This document shows, piece after piece, positions 1 to 13,919 of a stretch of 64,000 nt of DNA; position 1 is the first letter of the stretch; each line of letters starts with the position of its first letter. Position numbers and translations under genes: made by a program. Origin of the DNA: the human T2T-CHM13v2.0 reference genome, Homo sapiens; assembly GCF_009914755.1 (NCBI RefSeq), contig NC_060938.1. One strand, written 5' to 3'. Below the pieces are notes generated by a model. The model was not told the origin of the DNA and ran no database searches. It was given only the letters and a program-made list of their open reading frames with translations.

Positions 1-419
1 GGACTCTACAGATGCATAAACTGGCCCAGTCTTTGTGTGGGTACATATGGAAGTGTACATAGGGAGGAGGGAGGGTTGTTATGTAAGGTTTTTAAAGACA
101 GTTTGTCTTGTAAAGACACATCAAAAAGTCATACTTGTGGAAAAAAAAGAGAAAATGTTGAGTCAACCTATTCTCTCTTTGAGCATTTAAAAAAATTATA
201 GTTTTACCATATTTGTGGAAAAGGATTCTTTCTTCTTATTTTAAACCCCTATTAGCTATAGGCCCACGATCCAGAGTTCTTGAAGAAATTCTCCTCATTA
301 CTTCTTTTGCAACTGTCAGATAACATGGAAGGAAGATTACTTGTAACTCATATACAAACCAAAGAGCAGAGAAAAACATTCCACACTAAAAAGAATGAGT
401 GATACCAACAATCGCACAT

Positions 420-625
420 ATTAACATATACCAAATGATAGACACTGGACTAAGTGTTTCACATGGATTATTTTATTTAATCCTCACAACAGACTTACAA
501 GGAAGGGCTGCTAATACTCAACCTTAGGTAACTTGACTACCCTCACAAAGCCCCTCAGTGGTAGAATCAAGTTTCAGACCCAGGTTTGCCTGGCTTCAGA
601 GCACCAGGACACTTTACCACCTACT
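420..625 (-). mobile_element. MIR SINE (degraded)
   Basis: atttaatcctcacaac...cagacccaggtttgcctggcttcagagc resembles the reverse complement of the MIR core. Confidence 0.65.
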
Positions 626-1571
626 GACACTTTCTAACAACCACCCACTGTCTGTACCAGAGAAGCTGGGGCCAGGGCACACAAAGGATCTAAAGCTTTT
701 GAACCTGAAAAGGCCAATGCTTAGGCGGGGAACAGCTCTAAGCTTCCCCCATATGTCCACTCTACAGAGCTGGACCTGGGCTCAGAAATCAATGCAGAGA
801 GACGATATTGTACGTTTAATCTTTTGTCTTGTTTGGTCTTTGGCTACTTCCCACAAAACAAAAACAAGAAAGCCTGATATTATATTTCTGACATCTAGTT
901 CCTGCTTTTCTCTTTCCTGAAATGGACACTATACAACCTAATGCCACAGTGATTAGGACACAATTAGTAGGAAGCACAAATGTTGAAAGTCTCTAAAATC
1001 AGCCTTGCCTTCTCTCTTGGCTTTAGGATGTGAATCTAGTCTGGTTAAGCTACAGGCAGGGAAGAGTGCCCTGGCTTTGCTACTTATCAGCCTTACTACT
1101 TTAGATGCCATTTGACCTCTTTGAGCTCAGGTTTGTCACCAGGAAAAAGGAGACACTTGCTCACAACACATATGTAAATAGCCAGCAATTATGGTGGTCA
1201 GTAAATAGCAGCTGGTGTCCATTCAGCAGAAAGTGAAATTAGACAGTGCACCTCAACATAAAAAGCCATTCCACAATAGCAAGTAAAGCGCTATGATGTT
1301 ACTCCAGCTTGAACAAAGCCAGTGCAGGATCTCAAAAAATGTTACTTTAAAACACTCAAATTCCAAGGATAATTATTATGCTTTTACTATGGTGCTTCGA
1401 GTTTCATAATAATCCACATAAAGGACACATCATATGGCAAATTTCAAAATTAATATCAAGGAAGGTGCTGTCTTTCTCAAGCAGATTGTATGTTTTATTA
1501 GATGATGGTTATTTATTGCATTCATTATTTGTTGAATGAGTGATTTGTTGAATGAATGAATACAAGATATT

Positions 1572-1890
<319 letters not shown>

Positions 1891-2089
1891 AAGATATTTC
1901 TTTTTTGCCTTGACTTCTTTGGTTAACTAGGAAGCTCAAAGTGAAATAATTTACCCCTTTTCTTTATGACATTGGTTTCCTGTTTCTCTCTTTTTCAACT
2001 TTCATTTTTTAAATGAAAACTTTTATTGAAATACTTGTATAATACTAAGAGAGCCCTTGTATACTTTGTGCGCTTTCTTCCAATGGTAA

Positions 2090-2824
2090 TGTTACAGGAT
2101 CCCTTTGGTACTACTTCCCCAGCTGGAAATCTCTGTAGCCACTGTGTTACAGCTCTTGCTTGGGGAGTCCCAAGGTCTGAGCCCCCAAGAAATGTTGTGG
2201 CTTTTGTGTTCCGTGAGAGGGAGGGAGTGGTGCCCAGAAGCTTTTTCTCTCTTGTTGCTCGGCGAGTGGGAGGGAGTGGTACCCAGTGGCTTTGCTTTTT
2301 TGTGTCTGGAGCTAGGCAAATGCGGGTGTGTTACAGCTGTCTTGTTCCTGCTGCCCACAGCTTTGTGAGTTCCAGGTCCTTGTCCCACAACCAAGAGGAA
2401 TAACATCTGCACACACCAGAGAGTGAGTAAGGCAAAGAATTTTATTTAGCAACAGAAGCAAAGCTCTCAACTGCGAGAGGGGACCCTTCGGCAGTGAGTA
2501 GGGGCCCAAAGGCAGGTAGCCCCCATAGGACTGAGTCTGGGGTTTTTATGGGCTTAGAATGGAAGCATGCATGCTGATTGGTCCATGGGTGGTCTTTGGA
2601 AAAAGCACCATTTGACTGGTTAAAAGGCATCATCCAGAAGGAACCAACAGAGAGAGAGGAGGGTAAGATGGGCACAGAGGTCCTCGCTCCAGTCGTGGAC
2701 TCTATCGAGAACTGGCAGCTCTGTTTTTAGGCTTTAAACTGTCCTTGGATTGAAGGTCAGGTTTCACTGAGGACTGTCCCTGTCTGTCTATCTGACAGAA
2801 TTTGTCTGTCTCCTGTTGCTATCA
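2090..2824 (-). mobile_element. ERV1-class solo LTR (LTR27/MER52-like)
   Basis: TG...CA termini (minus strand TGATAGC...GTAACA) with a 4-bp TSD gtaa (2086-2089, 2825-2828). Minus-strand AATAAA at 2441-2446. It interrupts an old L1M 3' end. Confidence 0.8.
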
Positions 2825-3060
2825 GTAACATTTTGCAAAATTGTAATACAATATTATAACTAGGATATGGATATTGATTCAATCCCCCAATCTTATTCAT
2901 ATATCCCTAGTTTTACTTGTATTCATGGTATTTGTGTGAGTGTCTATTATTTACAATTTTATCACCACAATAAAGATATTGAGCAGTTTCAATGCCACAA
3001 AAATTTCTTGTGTTAACCTTTTATAACCACACCCACATCCCTTCAATCTTCCCCCAACTG
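2825..3060 (-). mobile_element. Old L1M (L1MC/MD-like) 3' fragment split by the LTR; other part at ~2020-2089
   Basis: caatggtaa|cattttgcaaaattgtaatacaatattataactaggatatggatattgat continues the L1MC/MD 3' UTR across the LTR. Confidence 0.6.
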
Positions 3061-3874
3061 TTTCAGTTTTCAATGTCCCTGTTTTCTACATGTATTGGAA
3101 GTCCACAAGAGAAACAGAAATGAATAAATACTTTAAAGACAAAGTTATACCTCTATGGCAGCCTTATTGGCCATGTCAGCTAACTAGGCCAGATAGCTAC
3201 CGATATGGGTGGTCTACTAGCAGTGGGAAACATATTTGCACTAGGTAGTTTTCCAAATTCTAATTTAACAAGCAGTGATAGCATGCCTAGTGCTCCAGGC
3301 ATGGACTAGATGCTGGAAAAATAAAGATGAATAAACTACAGTAACAAGTGGGAGGCAGAAAGGCAAAGAAGCAGCCACAATGCAGGTGATATTAGTTTCT
3401 TTCAAATGCTTGGTTTCTAGTACAGATTAAGAAGCACGGAGTTGGAGAGATGAAAAGATATTTTAAAGAGAGCTACAAATTGCCAGGCTCTAAAAATGCT
3501 TTGAACTGGCTTTACCTAAAGCCAGAGGGATTACTACCAAAGGAACTATTTAACAAACGGCATTCAAAGAAAGAAACCAAACATAAAGGCTGTACGTGTG
3601 TGCCCGTATGTGTGTGTATGTTATTCAACATATTGAAAGATTAATCAGGAGTTCAGAGCTTTATACTGTAGAAAGAAAAAACCTGGACATTGTATAATTC
3701 TGAAATGAAAGATGCAAATGGCAAAGGAAGAAGTAGCAAAGAGAAGTTAATAAGTATCTCAAAATTGCAAATGGCACAGATTAAAAGACAAAGTTATCTA
3801 TACAAACTATAATGAGGCTAGTGTATATGTATCAGGTACACTCCTCACCTAAAATTAGGGGAAATTGATATCTC

Positions 3875-4001
3875 AATTTATTCAAAAATACTTGTTGAAA
3901 ATGCATATTGGGGCCAGCACCTATCTCCTCTAGGTGCTGGACTTAAAAGGGCAAGCAAGTCACACATGAAAACAATACAGCCCAGTGGGGTATGCAGATG
4001 A

Positions 4002-4040
<39 letters not shown>

Positions 4041-4330
4041 TTATCAAATGGTGTGAAAGGCACCATGATGGAGGAAGCTCAGTGAGTTATGGTGCACAGA
4101 GGAGTGGTGGCTAACCAAGATATGGTAAAGAGGGTCAGGGAAGGTTTCCTGGAATAAATAGTGTCTAAACTAAGTCTTGGCAGATGAATAAACTAAGTCA
4201 CACAAATCATGTGTGCATATGGGGGTGAAGGCAGGAAAGAGAGAAAGGGGAAAATGGACTGCATGTGGAGAGTCTTTTAGGCCAGGGAATATAAAGACAG
4301 AAGTCAGAATGCTCAGTAGGAAGCTGGAAT
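3875..4330 (-). mobile_element. L2 fragment containing a (CA)n tract at ~4004-4040
   Basis: tttattcaaaaatacttgttga and gggtcagggaaggtttcctggaa...ctaaactaagtctt are typical L2 3' motifs. Confidence 0.55.
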
Positions 4331-4410
4331 GCTAATTTGGGGATCAGGAGACTAGTTAAAGTAGAAAAATTAATTATTTGAGACCTATAGGACTTGGGGG
4401 GGGGGGGCGC

Positions 4411-4720
4411 TATAATTTATTGAGCACTTACTATGTTCTAGATACTGAATTATCTAGTTCAATATGTTCTTTCATTTAACACTCACAATTAAATTGTAAA
4501 AATAAATAATTTAATAATAATATATTTTATAATTTAATAATACAATTTTATAATAATTTAATAATAAATTATTATTAAATCATTATTTCTACTTCACAGA
4601 TGAGGAGCCTAAGATTTGGAGAGGTTAAGTAACTTGTCTAAAGTCACATCATGTATAAGTGGTGGAGCTTGGATTGAAACTCAGGGGTATCCAATTCCAA
4701 CACCCAGGGATCCCAGCCAG
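4411..4720 (-). mobile_element. MIR with an internal AT-rich expansion
   Basis: tttattgagcacttactatg...cacagatgaggagcctaag...gaggttaagtaacttgtctaaagtcaca. Confidence 0.75.
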
Positions 4721-5624
4721 ATTATTTTTATTATCCATTTTCACTTGAATTTTATATTTAAGATATAAATCACAAGAAAATAAATTCTTACAATGGCTGG
4801 AATTCTGTTTTAAATGCAACCAGCTATTAAGGGCATGATCTGGGGTCAACATATTCAGCCTCCATTCAAACCTTTAGTCCTACTCAACTTTCAATCCTCC
4901 AAGACAACTCTCTGATAACCCCCACTCCCCATTTAATGCTGTGTTAGGTACCACTCTGTATACTTTCATTATTCTCTTTGTTTTCTTGTTTGCTCTGCAA
5001 CTATCCTGGATGCTTCATGAGGGGAGGTTCATCATTGTATCATTAATACCTAGCATAGTGACTGACATATGGCAGACAGTCCAGAAACATCCATTAAATA
5101 AATAAACCTTATGCATCAAAGTTAATAGGAAAAAAATTAATGCTGGAATGTATACTTATGACTAACTGTCTTCAACTTGAAGTGGAAAGCAATTTTAGCT
5201 AGTTTTTGCACAGAAGCTGTAAAAATTAATGAGTCAGTGTCTTATGTGTATAGCTGATCCTCAGAAAGCTCTAAGTATATAGCAAGTGCTACTGTTCTTT
5301 TCTGTGATATAAATAAATAACCTTGAAAATATCATCATCATCATTTGTAACTGCAGTGGTGGCAATTAGAGAACAGGTTCAATTAAGTATCAGTAGTTAT
5401 ATGGCCTTAAAGGTAAGTCAAAATTTGAAGCAAAGAAGCATTAACGAAATTATGTGAGAAACCCAAGCTTAGATGATACCTACCTAATCGATGATTGGAA
5501 AAGACTTTTGAGGGCAAAGGGCACATGCAAAAACATAGTATGTATTGATCAAAGAGGAGGCAGGACAACATGAAAGGTGGAAGTAAAAAGAAGCAAAGAG
5601 TAGCTCTGCTAACCTAACTATCTT

Positions 5625-5780
5625 CTTTAAAATAATTCAGTATACTCACTAAAAATAAAAATTTCTGGATCCATCCCCAATCAATCAAATCAGAATTCCT
5701 GGGGATGAAGCCCTAGCATATGCACTTTAACGGGTTTCTAAGGTCATTCTTAAACACTGAAAAAATAGTAAACCACTACT
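5625..5780. mobile_element. MER5 (hAT-Charlie) relic
   Basis: aatcagaattcctggggatgaagccc...tttaac...aaaccact motifs. Confidence 0.55.
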
Positions 5781-7720
5781 TCTTAAATCCAGGAAACATC
5801 AGAAATAACCGCAGCATTGAAAAGTGATGAGGCTTAGATATATGCTTGTTCTCTAAGAGGTATGATGGTAGCCCAAAGAGGTTTTCTGGGAAGGCATTAT
5901 AAGTTCAGATGATGGGAACAGATTGATCATTGTCAGTGTACCCTACTTAGGAAAGGAGAGCTCACCCCAAATCTCCATGTGCGCCCTGCTCCATTCCTAT
6001 CGGGTGTACCAGCCCACACTTTCTGAGTGAGGGGAGCTGGCTCCCACCTCAGGGTTGTCTGCAAGTCTTGCTCTTCCTCCTTCTGATGCTTTCTGACCCT
6101 CTTCTTCCAGGACCCCAGCCTTTGAATCCTTCTATACCCATAGGTACCAATATTTGACTTATGTTGATGCAATACATTCACAGTGGTCACATCTCTGAAT
6201 TTAAAAAGCAACGTGAGTTTTATTTTTCTCAGATTTTCAGCCTTGAACAGGCAGAGGCTCTCTCCATTTGATATTCATTGTAGGATATTCAAGACATCTT
6301 TTTCCAGGGATGCTGGTACCCCACTGCTGTGGTCAATGAGGAAATCATGGTTATAATCTGGTAATAAAAATAGTAAGTAGGGACACAAGAAAGTAGGGAC
6401 ACGAGAAAGATTCACTTTTTTAAGGAGCCATGAGGAGAGATTTATGATTTGAAATGTATCTCAAGGAGTCAAATACTGCAGTAAGTGGACAGAGCATGAT
6501 GGCAAAGGAAACAGAACAAACAAAAAGATTAATATTAATATTGGAGACTTTTCATCACTAAACAAACACAAATTCTGGTCCTGAGGCGGGAGATGCAAAG
6601 AACAGGCGTAATTATTTTTTCAAAGATGATATGGACCTGCCTTCTACAGGTAAATGGAAAACCATTGTACGTTGGCTTTCTCTTGAGTAGATTCAAAGCA
6701 CTTGGCACTTACCCATCCTTCTAGCTTCCAAAGGTGACAATAACTCAGGAATCATGACCTCATTTAAAATAAAGTGAGAAAGTGACTAACTACCCCAGTC
6801 ATGAAAGGCAGTAATGTGGATTTTAGCTTTGCAAGGAAATTTCCTAGCAAACCACATGGCCCATTTCTGTCTCTTAATGTTAGAACAGTCCCCTAAAATA
6901 GTCTTTCTTACAAAAATAACATTCTTTTCTCACTCCCAGGATCTTGGCATCTAAATGCTATTCTAGGCATTTTAGAAAAATAAATAGTCAAAGCTATTTA
7001 CAACAATGACTACCACGCTGTGGCCTGAGATGGTGAGTTTCACTTGAATTGCCAAGAAGGGAACAAGGGCGTCATATAAACCCTGGAAAACAAGCCCAGG
7101 GACAAGTCCTGTTCTGGGGTCTGGAGGATTTGGAAGGCTGCCAAAGCTTAGGCAGTGGTGGTAGGGGTGCGTGGGGAATGTGAAAAGGGGTCTTTTCTCC
7201 AAAGTTTTATTTAAGGGTTGAATGCTAATGCGAAAATGGCCTAGCTCAATCATTTTAGCTTCTCTGGCTTGGCCTTCCTAACAGCAAGAAAGAAGCCATC
7301 AATGAGCTACAAAACTTCATTTTTCCTACAGGCTGGAAGTGGTCTCTTTTTAATATATGTTCTGGATTCCACTGTCTGAGAGAAGAAAATTGATTTAAAC
7401 ATTTAGGTATCTACAGACAACTCTTACTGACTCAGGGGCCAGCGCACTCAGATTGCAGATTGCAGCATCCCTGTTTCTCTACCTTGTGCCTCATCCTTTG
7501 TGAATTCTGAAAGCTGGTTGCTTTTTCCCACATACTGAGGTCCAGCGTGGGCCACAGCACATGTTGGGACCTCAAGAGCTGAAGGTTCCTTGCTGGGCTC
7601 CCAGGCACAGAGGTACAGGCCTCCCTTCTCACTACTGCCCCTTCCTCAACCTCCACTGTCCCCATTGTCCTTAGGCTCACTGGTGTGGAAGAGACTTTAA
7701 CAGACTGACATGCTGATCTT

Positions 7721-7900
7721 CAGGTTTCTCAAAGCGTGACCACAGACCACCTGCTTCAGAAGCACTGGGGGAGTTGGTTAAAAATGCAGCTTCCTGGGCC
7801 TCACCCCAGGCTTACTTAGTCAGAATGGGAAGCTGAGAATGTACATTTTTAACAGGCTATCCAGGTAATTCTTATGCACATATAAGTTTAAGGACCATAG
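7721..7900. mobile_element. MER5A/B DNA transposon
   Basis: caggtttctcaaagcgtg...aaaatgcagcttcctgggcctcacccca...ggtaattcttatgcaca...aagtttaaggaccat. Confidence 0.75.
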
Positions 7901-9529
7901 ATACAGGTGCAGGGTCTTAGTATCTAACTCTGTTGGGTTCTTGAGTTCAACTGTGATTTCAAAAAGCAAGGGATAGCATCTGAATCCTCTTGGCTCCTGG
8001 CAGAGTGACAGATTGGATTGTGAGGGATGACAGTGTCTGGAAAAGACTGGGAACAGGTAGGAATCTACTAGAAAAAGGCCAAGATAATCCCTAACTTGAC
8101 ATTTTGTATTGAGTATTATCATGTGTAATTGTTAGGGTGGCTTGGGTATGAATTAGAGAAGTATTCTCAATTTCCCTCTTAAGCATCAGAAGTTGCACAG
8201 GTGCTCTGAAATGAAACAATAGTACAGCCCTCTCTGCTAAATTGAGTTATCTATTAAACAAACAGAGCCACCAATGATAACCCATACACCCTTTGACTTA
8301 GGTTTCATCTTTACCATTGTATCAATGTTTGTAAAATAAGGCTAGAGACTGGAGCTCTAACTTTTCTCAATCCAGACTCTACCTCTCTCCAGCTAAGACC
8401 ATGAGGTCTTTATTTCTTCTCTATGCCTTAATTTCCCCAACTGTGGGATGAATCTGCTTATAGTACTAGTCATAGGTACCTTTTAATGGTTATTAAAAAG
8501 GGTTGAACAGTAAAACAGCAGAGTACAAAACAGGTGTTATATTAGTAATCACTCTTAATAATTTCATTGTTAATCATTGTCACTGCAAAAATTAACAGTG
8601 ACCTGACCTATGAGAAGAAGCTGAACTGTTTAGCTCAAATGAAGTCTGGGGATGACTTCTGGATTTAAGTTATTCACACTCAACCTATCACTTATTGCCA
8701 CAGACACTTCAAAGTTCACAGTTCTCTGAAATATCATAATTTTCCAGAGCTTCCATACAGACTTGCATATAATTTTCCAGAGCTTCCATACAGAACAATT
8801 TGAACCTTGCAAATTGTTCTCATTTTATCTTAGGTCTAACAGGTTGGGGGTTGGGGTTTGTTTTTCTTTTTTAAAAAAATAGAACTTCTTAAAAACCAGG
8901 TCAGACTTATCAACAGAATCTAAATAAGGCTTGGTGTGTTGTGCAACCTCTACAACATAGCAACAATGAAATTTCACTGCAACTACTGCCCTCATACCCA
9001 ATAGCATTTACAATACCTCTGACAAAGTGTGTCTATTTCCATGGTACCTGTTGCCATGGGAGCTGAGCAGTGCTCCTCCTAGAACAATCATGTTAGTAAC
9101 ATAGCTCTTAGCTATTGCCTTCTAAGAGCTTTGCTCTGGGGAAAAAATGGGATACTTTGTTTTTGAAAGAAGTCATAAACCTCCTCCAAAATAGACAATT
9201 GTTGCTTAATAGTACTAAAAAGGAAAGAGCAATCCCTCTTTCCCTCCATACCAGTTAGAGAAGCATTTCTTTCCTTCTGGAGAAGTATTTCCAAGTGAAA
9301 CCATGCAAAATATAGGGAAGTGTGTTTTGAATTCCATTTTAAAGTTATTTTGCATAAAAGTTAAATAAAAAAGGAGATAGTTGTCATTGTTTACAATAAG
9401 TCTATCTTTACTAATTTGAGCTAATCAGTGAATTCACTGAATAAAATACAAGGTTAGTGCCAATTACCAATTTCCCAATGAACCCAAATACAAGGCTTTA
9501 TAGCATGCTGTATTATTTAGTGTGTCCAG

Positions 9530-9990
9530 GCATTGCCACATAAAGCTGATGGAAGTATACATTTGTATCATCTTTCTAAAACACAATTTGGCAATAGGAG
9601 CCTTAAAATGTTCATATGTTTTAGTATGGTAATTCTATTTCCAGAAATCTATCTCAAGAAAATAATTTGAAATGAACACAAAGCCTTATAAACAAAGATA
9701 CTCAATGGAGTGGTATTTAAAGTTTTTTAAAGCTAAAATCTAAATGTTGAACAATAGAGAATGTGTAACTAAGTAACTGAAAAGTGATAGGCATCTTTAT
9801 GCTGTCATGAAAAACCATATTTATGAAGAGTTTTTAATAACTTGGGAAAATGTTTATCATATCAAGTTAAAAAAAGTATATGAATTTATACAGCCAACAT
9901 AACAAGTATACAAAAATATGTACAGACATAATAATAGAATATATGTTGAAATTTTGACAGTGGTGGTTGAATTATGGATTACAGTTATTT
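9530..9990 (+). mobile_element. L1ME 3' fragment
   Basis: gctgatggaagtata...caatttggcaatag...aattctatttccagaaatctatc resembles L1ME. Confidence 0.6.
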
Positions 9991-10489
9991 TGTCTTTTAT
10001 AAGTTTCTATATTAATAGTATGTGTGTGTCTATCTCTATTTCCCATTTTCTCTTTTTTCTCTGCTTCTCTTTTCATCTAAGTGCTCATAAAACTACAAAT
10101 CTATTTTATTATTTCCATATTTATTAAATACATCTTAGATTTCCACATGTACAAATCCAACAAAAACTTACCAAGCATTATTTGCTATGAACAATTCTTA
10201 ATTTAGACATATGAACATATATTTCCTCTAACAAAAACAAGTCAGTTACTTTGCTTTTAATTTACTTGGTTCTTGATTCATATGTTTTATTCCATGAGTA
10301 ACTGTCTCTCAATAGAAAATCATTCTGAATCTTAAAAAATGGTAATTTGAAAATGCCAAAATGTTCTCCATACTATTTTTTCAACCCTTTTTTCTAGCTC
10401 CAATAATGATTATCAATGATGAGTGTCATATCAATTCCATCCCCAAACCACACACTGCAGTAGGCACTGGGAAATAATGAATCTGGGTC

Positions 10490-11520
10490 ACTAATACTCT
10501 GTATTCTCCACTGGGCTCTCTCACTCATGCTCATAGTTACCACCAGACATGGGTACCACCAGCTCTGAATCTCCAGCCTGGACCTAGCTCTTGAGTTCCA
10601 GGTTCAGGTCACTAACTGCTTACTAAATAAATCTTCCTGAATGTCTCCTAGGCATCTATGAACTCATTTTCCCTGTATCACCTTCTCAGATCGTGTTCCA
10701 CTAAGCAGCCTTCTTTTTCATCCAGCTAATCACATCAGAACACAAGGATCATCCCAGATTCCTGTTTCTGTCTCACTGTTCCCTTCCCCTACCCTCAAAC
10801 CTTGATTTCTACTTTCCAAATCTCTCCCAAATTCATCCTCTCAGCTGCTACAGCTTTAGTTTATAGTTTAGACCCTCGTCACTGCTCACTAGATTTTTTT
10901 AGTGATCTTCTAACTATCCTTTTGGTTACCAATCTGTCCTTCTCATGGAGAAATCTTTCTAAACATAAATCTGATCATGGTGCTACCCTTTAAGAAGCTA
11001 GAAGATCCAGCATGTGCTTTTTAATGTGGCTCCTTCCCATCTCCCCATCTTCATCTCCCATGGCTTTGCCACTGACATACTTTCCAGAAAAATGGAATTA
11101 TCCTAATTCCCTGAAATCACATGCTATTTCACCCTTTGAGGACTTTACACACATTCTTTTCTTCAACTGAAATTCTCTCACCTGCTCCATATTTCAAGAC
11201 TTAGCTCAAGGTTCAACTCCATTTGTCTTCCTTTCCTTATGGCATTACTATTTCTGGTACATCTTCTCATGATTATTTTATTTATTTGAACAAGATTTAT
11301 TACACATCCAATGTTATACCATGCATTGTGCTGGCTGCTGGGTAGATAGACTACTTCTGCCCCCACAGAAGGATTCCACTTGCCTTTCCTGCTGTTGAAG
11401 TTTATACCTATGTCTCCTTTGAATTGCTAGAGGGCAGGAACTGACTCATGGTCATCTTTGTATCTCCCAGCTTCTGGCGAAAGTAGATGCCTAATAAATG
11501 TGTATTGAACAAATGGAAAC
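10490..11520 (+). mobile_element. L2 fragments
   Basis: ctccagcctggacct...aaatctgatcatg...gagggcaggaac...taataaatgtgtattgaacaaatg. Confidence 0.65.
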
Positions 11521-13099
11521 AAACACAAGTGTTTCTGTTTACATTAACACAACAATAAAACTTAACAAGTATAAAAGTTACTCATAATTGCCAATGAGTA
11601 ATGTTTCACACTTCATAAAACAGAAACAATTGTCTCTAGGGAACAAAATCAAATGTATACTTACAGAGCACATGGTTAAGCATTGCTAAAAAAGGCTTTG
11701 AGAATATGATTTGATAATTTATGAGTTTCCTCATAATTCTATGATTAAAGTGACTAATCATAGGGAATATAGTTAGTCCCACTGAACTCCACTCCAGAAA
11801 CTGTGGTTCCTAATACGCATGCACTAATTTGCCTAATAGAAATCTTACTTATGAGGTTATTCAGCATTTAAGAGTGCAGGCAAAAGAAAGGAGAAGCAAT
11901 TTGATTTGTACCTAGGGGAGTGACATTTTGGTTCTCGGTTAATATTTAAAAGTCAACTGACACAAGATATTTGGTGACATTCACTATGGTTGATGTATGA
12001 ATCTGCCAATCCCATTTCTCCTTACTAACGCATTATTTTGGTCCTATACTGAAGCTTATTCCAGACTCAACCTCATGTTCTCTTTCTATTGGAAATCACT
12101 AGTTGGCATCAACTCTTTGCTTTTATATAGCTGAAAAATACGTTAATTAATCCATTTAAAGTTGTATGAAGGTAGTATTAATTTTGTGTATTAACACAAT
12201 GACTTATTTTCTGATCTAAATATTTCCAAATCATCCTGGGATAGGGGAAGTGAAATATGCATTTCTAATATAACTGACATGGAAAATACATTTTGCAGAT
12301 TTGAAATGACGTGGATTCAATACACATCTTTATCTGTCAATTCAGTAGGCATTTAATACTAGGGTTTCTTTTGGTTTTCATTTAACTTTCTTTTAGAAAA
12401 TTGAAAAAAAAAAAGCTTAGTTAGAATTTGTCTCTGGCCAGTCTCAAAACACTTTGTAATATACTTGCCTAAGATCCATTCACTGTAGAATTAAATGTCA
12501 CAAATGATGGCTTTTTACCACAACTTCTGAAAACTTTCTTTGTTTTTCAAACCAGGTGAGCCAAGTTACAAATCTGTTTATTCATTTCTATTTCCTGAAA
12601 GGTTAGATCATAGAGTATTTAGTATTCTATCTCCATAGTAGGTCCCTTGAAGGGCTTCTTTCTCTTGCTTTAGAATTACTCTCTTATTTCCTTAGTATCT
12701 TTGGTTTCAGGTAGTTGACCTTATTAGTCAGATAAGAGTTTTGGGCTTTTGTCTGCCATGAAAGAAAACTGGTGATCCATCTAATTTGCTTTTCTTTGTT
12801 TTTTAGCTCTTGCCAACGCCAGCTCTCTTCACTATGAAGAGTACTCTGGTGTTTTGAGAGTCTTTGTCTGATTCTTATTACCAAGGATTGCCCTTTGAGT
12901 TAGTGCCTTAAAAGTAGTAATTTTAGTGATTGACTTTCACAGGCTCAGAAGGCTTCTGCATTTAAAGTTTTCTAATGACCAAGCAAAGTACATACAGTGC
13001 ACTTTCTGTTTGCAATGTTATAATCACAAAAAGAGAAAGACTTTAATTTTAATTAGAATAAGGCTTTTTAAAAGTTAAATTCTCCCTCCCTTCACCTCA

Positions 13100-13900
13100 C
13101 TCTTCTAACTTTTTTTATTTTTTTACTTCTGGTGGTTACTATGATTTAATTAAATGATCTGTTTTGTAAGTATTTCTAGATTTAGTAATTTGAGGTAGTT
13201 CCTGTTATATAAAATTTAAAAACTTCAGTGCATTTTCACTATCATTTATATCCTTTCCAGTTACTGATTTTTCACATTACTTTTACTGCCAAGATTTATA
13301 CAATTTACATATTTTTCAAAAGTTATAATTAGGACTTCTCTACTTTATCCACAGGATGGTTCTAAAATTTATGGCAATAAACAGAATTATTGTATTATCA
13401 TGACTTAGATATTATTTTCTATAAAAATAAGAAGCATGTTTAGACTCAAAGAAAGGAAACTGTGATCTCGTATCACTAAATCCCCTACCACTCAACAGAA
13501 AAAAGCTGTAGGCATTAAGATTCAATAAATTCTCTAATTTCACTTTTCTTCATGCTTTATAGGTCATATTCAGCTACTACAATTTCTTATGTTTTATACT
13601 GTATTCCATCCTCTTCCCTGAATTTAGTTTTGTTAGGATTACCTCCTTGAGATTTTTTTTATATGGGGTACTTGAGCAATAAAGTTGCAAAGTTTAAATG
13701 TCAGAAAATATCTTGATTTTGCTTATACGAATAATAGTTTGGGTGGGTATAGAAGTCTAAGTTCAAAATAGTTTTCTCCATAGAAATCTGAAATCATTCT
13801 GTACTGTCTTCTCATGTACAGTGCTGCTGATGAGAAATATAATACGTGCCTGATTCTCATCTCTTCAGTCCTTGTTCTCCATTCTTTATTCTCTCCACTC
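13100..13900 (-). mobile_element. Ancient L1M fragment
   Basis: atagtttgggtgggtatagaagtctaag and tgctgctgatgagaaat are typical of antisense L1ME. Confidence 0.5.
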
Positions 13901-13919
13901 TGAAAATTTTAAAAAGTAA

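Noticed and set aside
9425-9440. Perfect 16-bp palindrome tcagtgaattcactga
   Set aside because: About one such palindrome is expected by chance in 64 kb.
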